Assembly (NCBI GenBank): GCA_965153285.1
Contig: OZ229110.1
Source of the DNA: Podarcis tiliguerta
Taxonomy: Eukaryota
Length of the DNA stretch: 64,000 nt
Reading direction: 5' to 3' (one strand)
In this document: in pieces, positions 62,126 through 64,000 of the stretch
Layout of the letters: every line of letters starts with the position of its first letter
Numbering within the stretch: the stretch's first letter is position 1
Program-made: the position numbers and the translations under genes
The notes under the pieces: model-generated
Databases searched by the model: none
Told to the model about the DNA's origin: nothing
The model's input: the letters and a program-made list of their open reading frames with translations, nothing else

Positions 62126-64000
62126 AATAGTTAAAGTCTCTGGTCAAAAGCATTGTGAAAAAAATGAGTTATTGAGGAATTTGAAGGAAGATGAAGATGT
62201 GGCACAGTTCTGGGAAGGAGTTCCGGGCCTAATGGGTAACAAGGGAGAAATATCATGAATAATTCATCAATAAACTCAATAAATTCTTGGAAGGGAAGGA
62301 GAAGTCATTTCCAGCATGTTTCGACCCACAGTGCAGGAAGAGTTTCCCACATTTAGTCAGTCCTGAATCTATGAACCTCTTCTTATGAAACATCCTGAAG
62401 CAATTTAGCAATAAACCACATATTTTAAATATGTCTAGTCCAATGCAGATAAACTGGGTTGAAAATCACTTGAAAGGCTCGTTGGAAATGGAATAATAGA
62501 GATCCAATGGCAGGATTCCCCATATCTCTCTGTGGCTAAGCCTATCTTGTTGGGGCTCTTGTTAACAAAGGATTGGGTTTTTTTGCTGCACTTTCTCTCT
62601 GTCTGCATGATGATCTCCCCTCCTGTTATTTCTTCTCATTTTCAGCTATCACCAAGACATGTGGTCAAGATCTCTGGTATTGTTAGCCCAGAGAATCATG
62701 AAGTGAGAGGCAGAAATGCACTCAGGTTCTGGACACCAGATACCCAGATACTTTGCTCTCTGCTCAGACACTAACTTTTTAATGCCTACCAGAGCACATG
62801 AGAGTAATCCAGTAACACCGGTGAAATTAATTCCCAGTTCTTATGAGTTGTGAGTGCATAGGCACAAGGTATAACTCTGTCACCAGTGAAATATCTCAAG
62901 CATCAGGAAAGATGACATTGGACCCAACAAACTAAACCTTGCATCCATCTTATTCCCAGTGCTTTCTGGGTTGGACAGTGTGTGCATTGCTGCTATATTT
63001 AATGATAGGCCTTTGTCTCTATATTATCCATTTCTCCTATGTGGTTCAGGGCATCATTACCCCAGATTTTTGCTATGCTAGGACCTTTGGAAGTTTCCCC
63101 TCCTTGATAGCCAGAACTGAATGTATGCTGCGATTCTGCAGCAACACGGGAAAAATGCAAATCTGAATAAATCTGAATAAGGCTGAATAAGGTTTCTAGT
63201 TGTTGGGGCAAGGCTCCAACGCTATAGATGACTTTATTTCCCTCCCCATGACCAGTGGAGTCACAATACAATCCATATGCATGTCTGCTTACAAGTCCAT
63301 CCCACTGAATTCACTTATTCCCAGGGATGTACGTATAGGATTGCAGCAGCAGCATGCCAAAATAAAAAACACAAACAGTGATAAGCTATATAGGTCTGAT
63401 AAACGTGCAAAATCTATACAGGAATGTAGCTTTTGTTGATGCAGAATCTGAATTGCCTGAGGCAATTGAGGTTTGGGCATGGAATAAAGACAGGCTGCCT
63501 ATAAGGAAAATAGACATTGAGTGACTAGTGCACTTCTGACCACTAATAAAGCACTACAGGCAGCGACAATTTTGCATAGGGGGTTCTGCTCCCAGCCCAC
63601 CCACGCACAGGTGAAACACATATAAGCATGCCCTATTATGCACTGCTCCCATTCTGCCTTCTTCCAGGTCCAAAAGGTCCCGCACATCAGCGATCACATG
63701 CCAGTTGGACGTGCCTAAAATGGCCCCCGCTTGTAATGTGAAATTCAGTGTAAAGATACTGATGTTGGGTTCCTGGATAGCTTGCAACAATAACATGAAG
63801 GTCCCTCCCACCCCAATTTTTTAAGGGGTGGAAATATTATACTAAATCCCATGCATTACTTAAGAAGTAACCTTGGGCTTCACCAAATTACTCATCTTTG
63901 AAGGAGCCAAGATGCCAAAGTGCACAGTTAAGCTATGAAATTCTCACACACAAGAAGTAGAGATGGCCACCAAGTAGAATAACTTTAGAAGAGGGTTATA

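Noticed and set aside
43200-64000. BDNF exon IV, promoter IV or the coding exon
   Set aside because: No CaRE1/UBE/CRE module, second CpG island or neurotrophin ORF was recognised; these probably lie beyond the window end.

Overview
Vertebrate genomic DNA, most likely from a lacertid lizard: it carries Sauria SINEs, Bov-B, tRNA-Lys/CR1-tail SINEs and squamate MITEs. The window covers about 38 kb upstream of BDNF (+ strand), the CpG island with BDNF 5' exons I, II and probably III (~38.4-43 kb), and about 21 kb of the following intron. I did not recognise exon IV or the coding exon in the window. BDNF was identified by eye from remembered mammalian exon I/II sequence, not from a database search. 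No conventional protein-coding CDS is present; nearly all ORFs in the track are spurious or transposon-derived. Main observations: (1) a very young, 5'-truncated Penelope-like element in the BDNF intron, with a GIY-YIG ORF whose last codons overlap a minimal hammerhead ribozyme, bracketed by two identical 294-bp inverted pseudo-LTRs; (2) a 19-codon uORF in exon I that appears conserved at the peptide level with mammals; (3) lizard-versus-mammal differences in BDNF regulation (diverged RE1/NRSE, missing exon IIb donor, no promoter I CRE); (4) several repeat-free motif clusters that are candidate enhancers.
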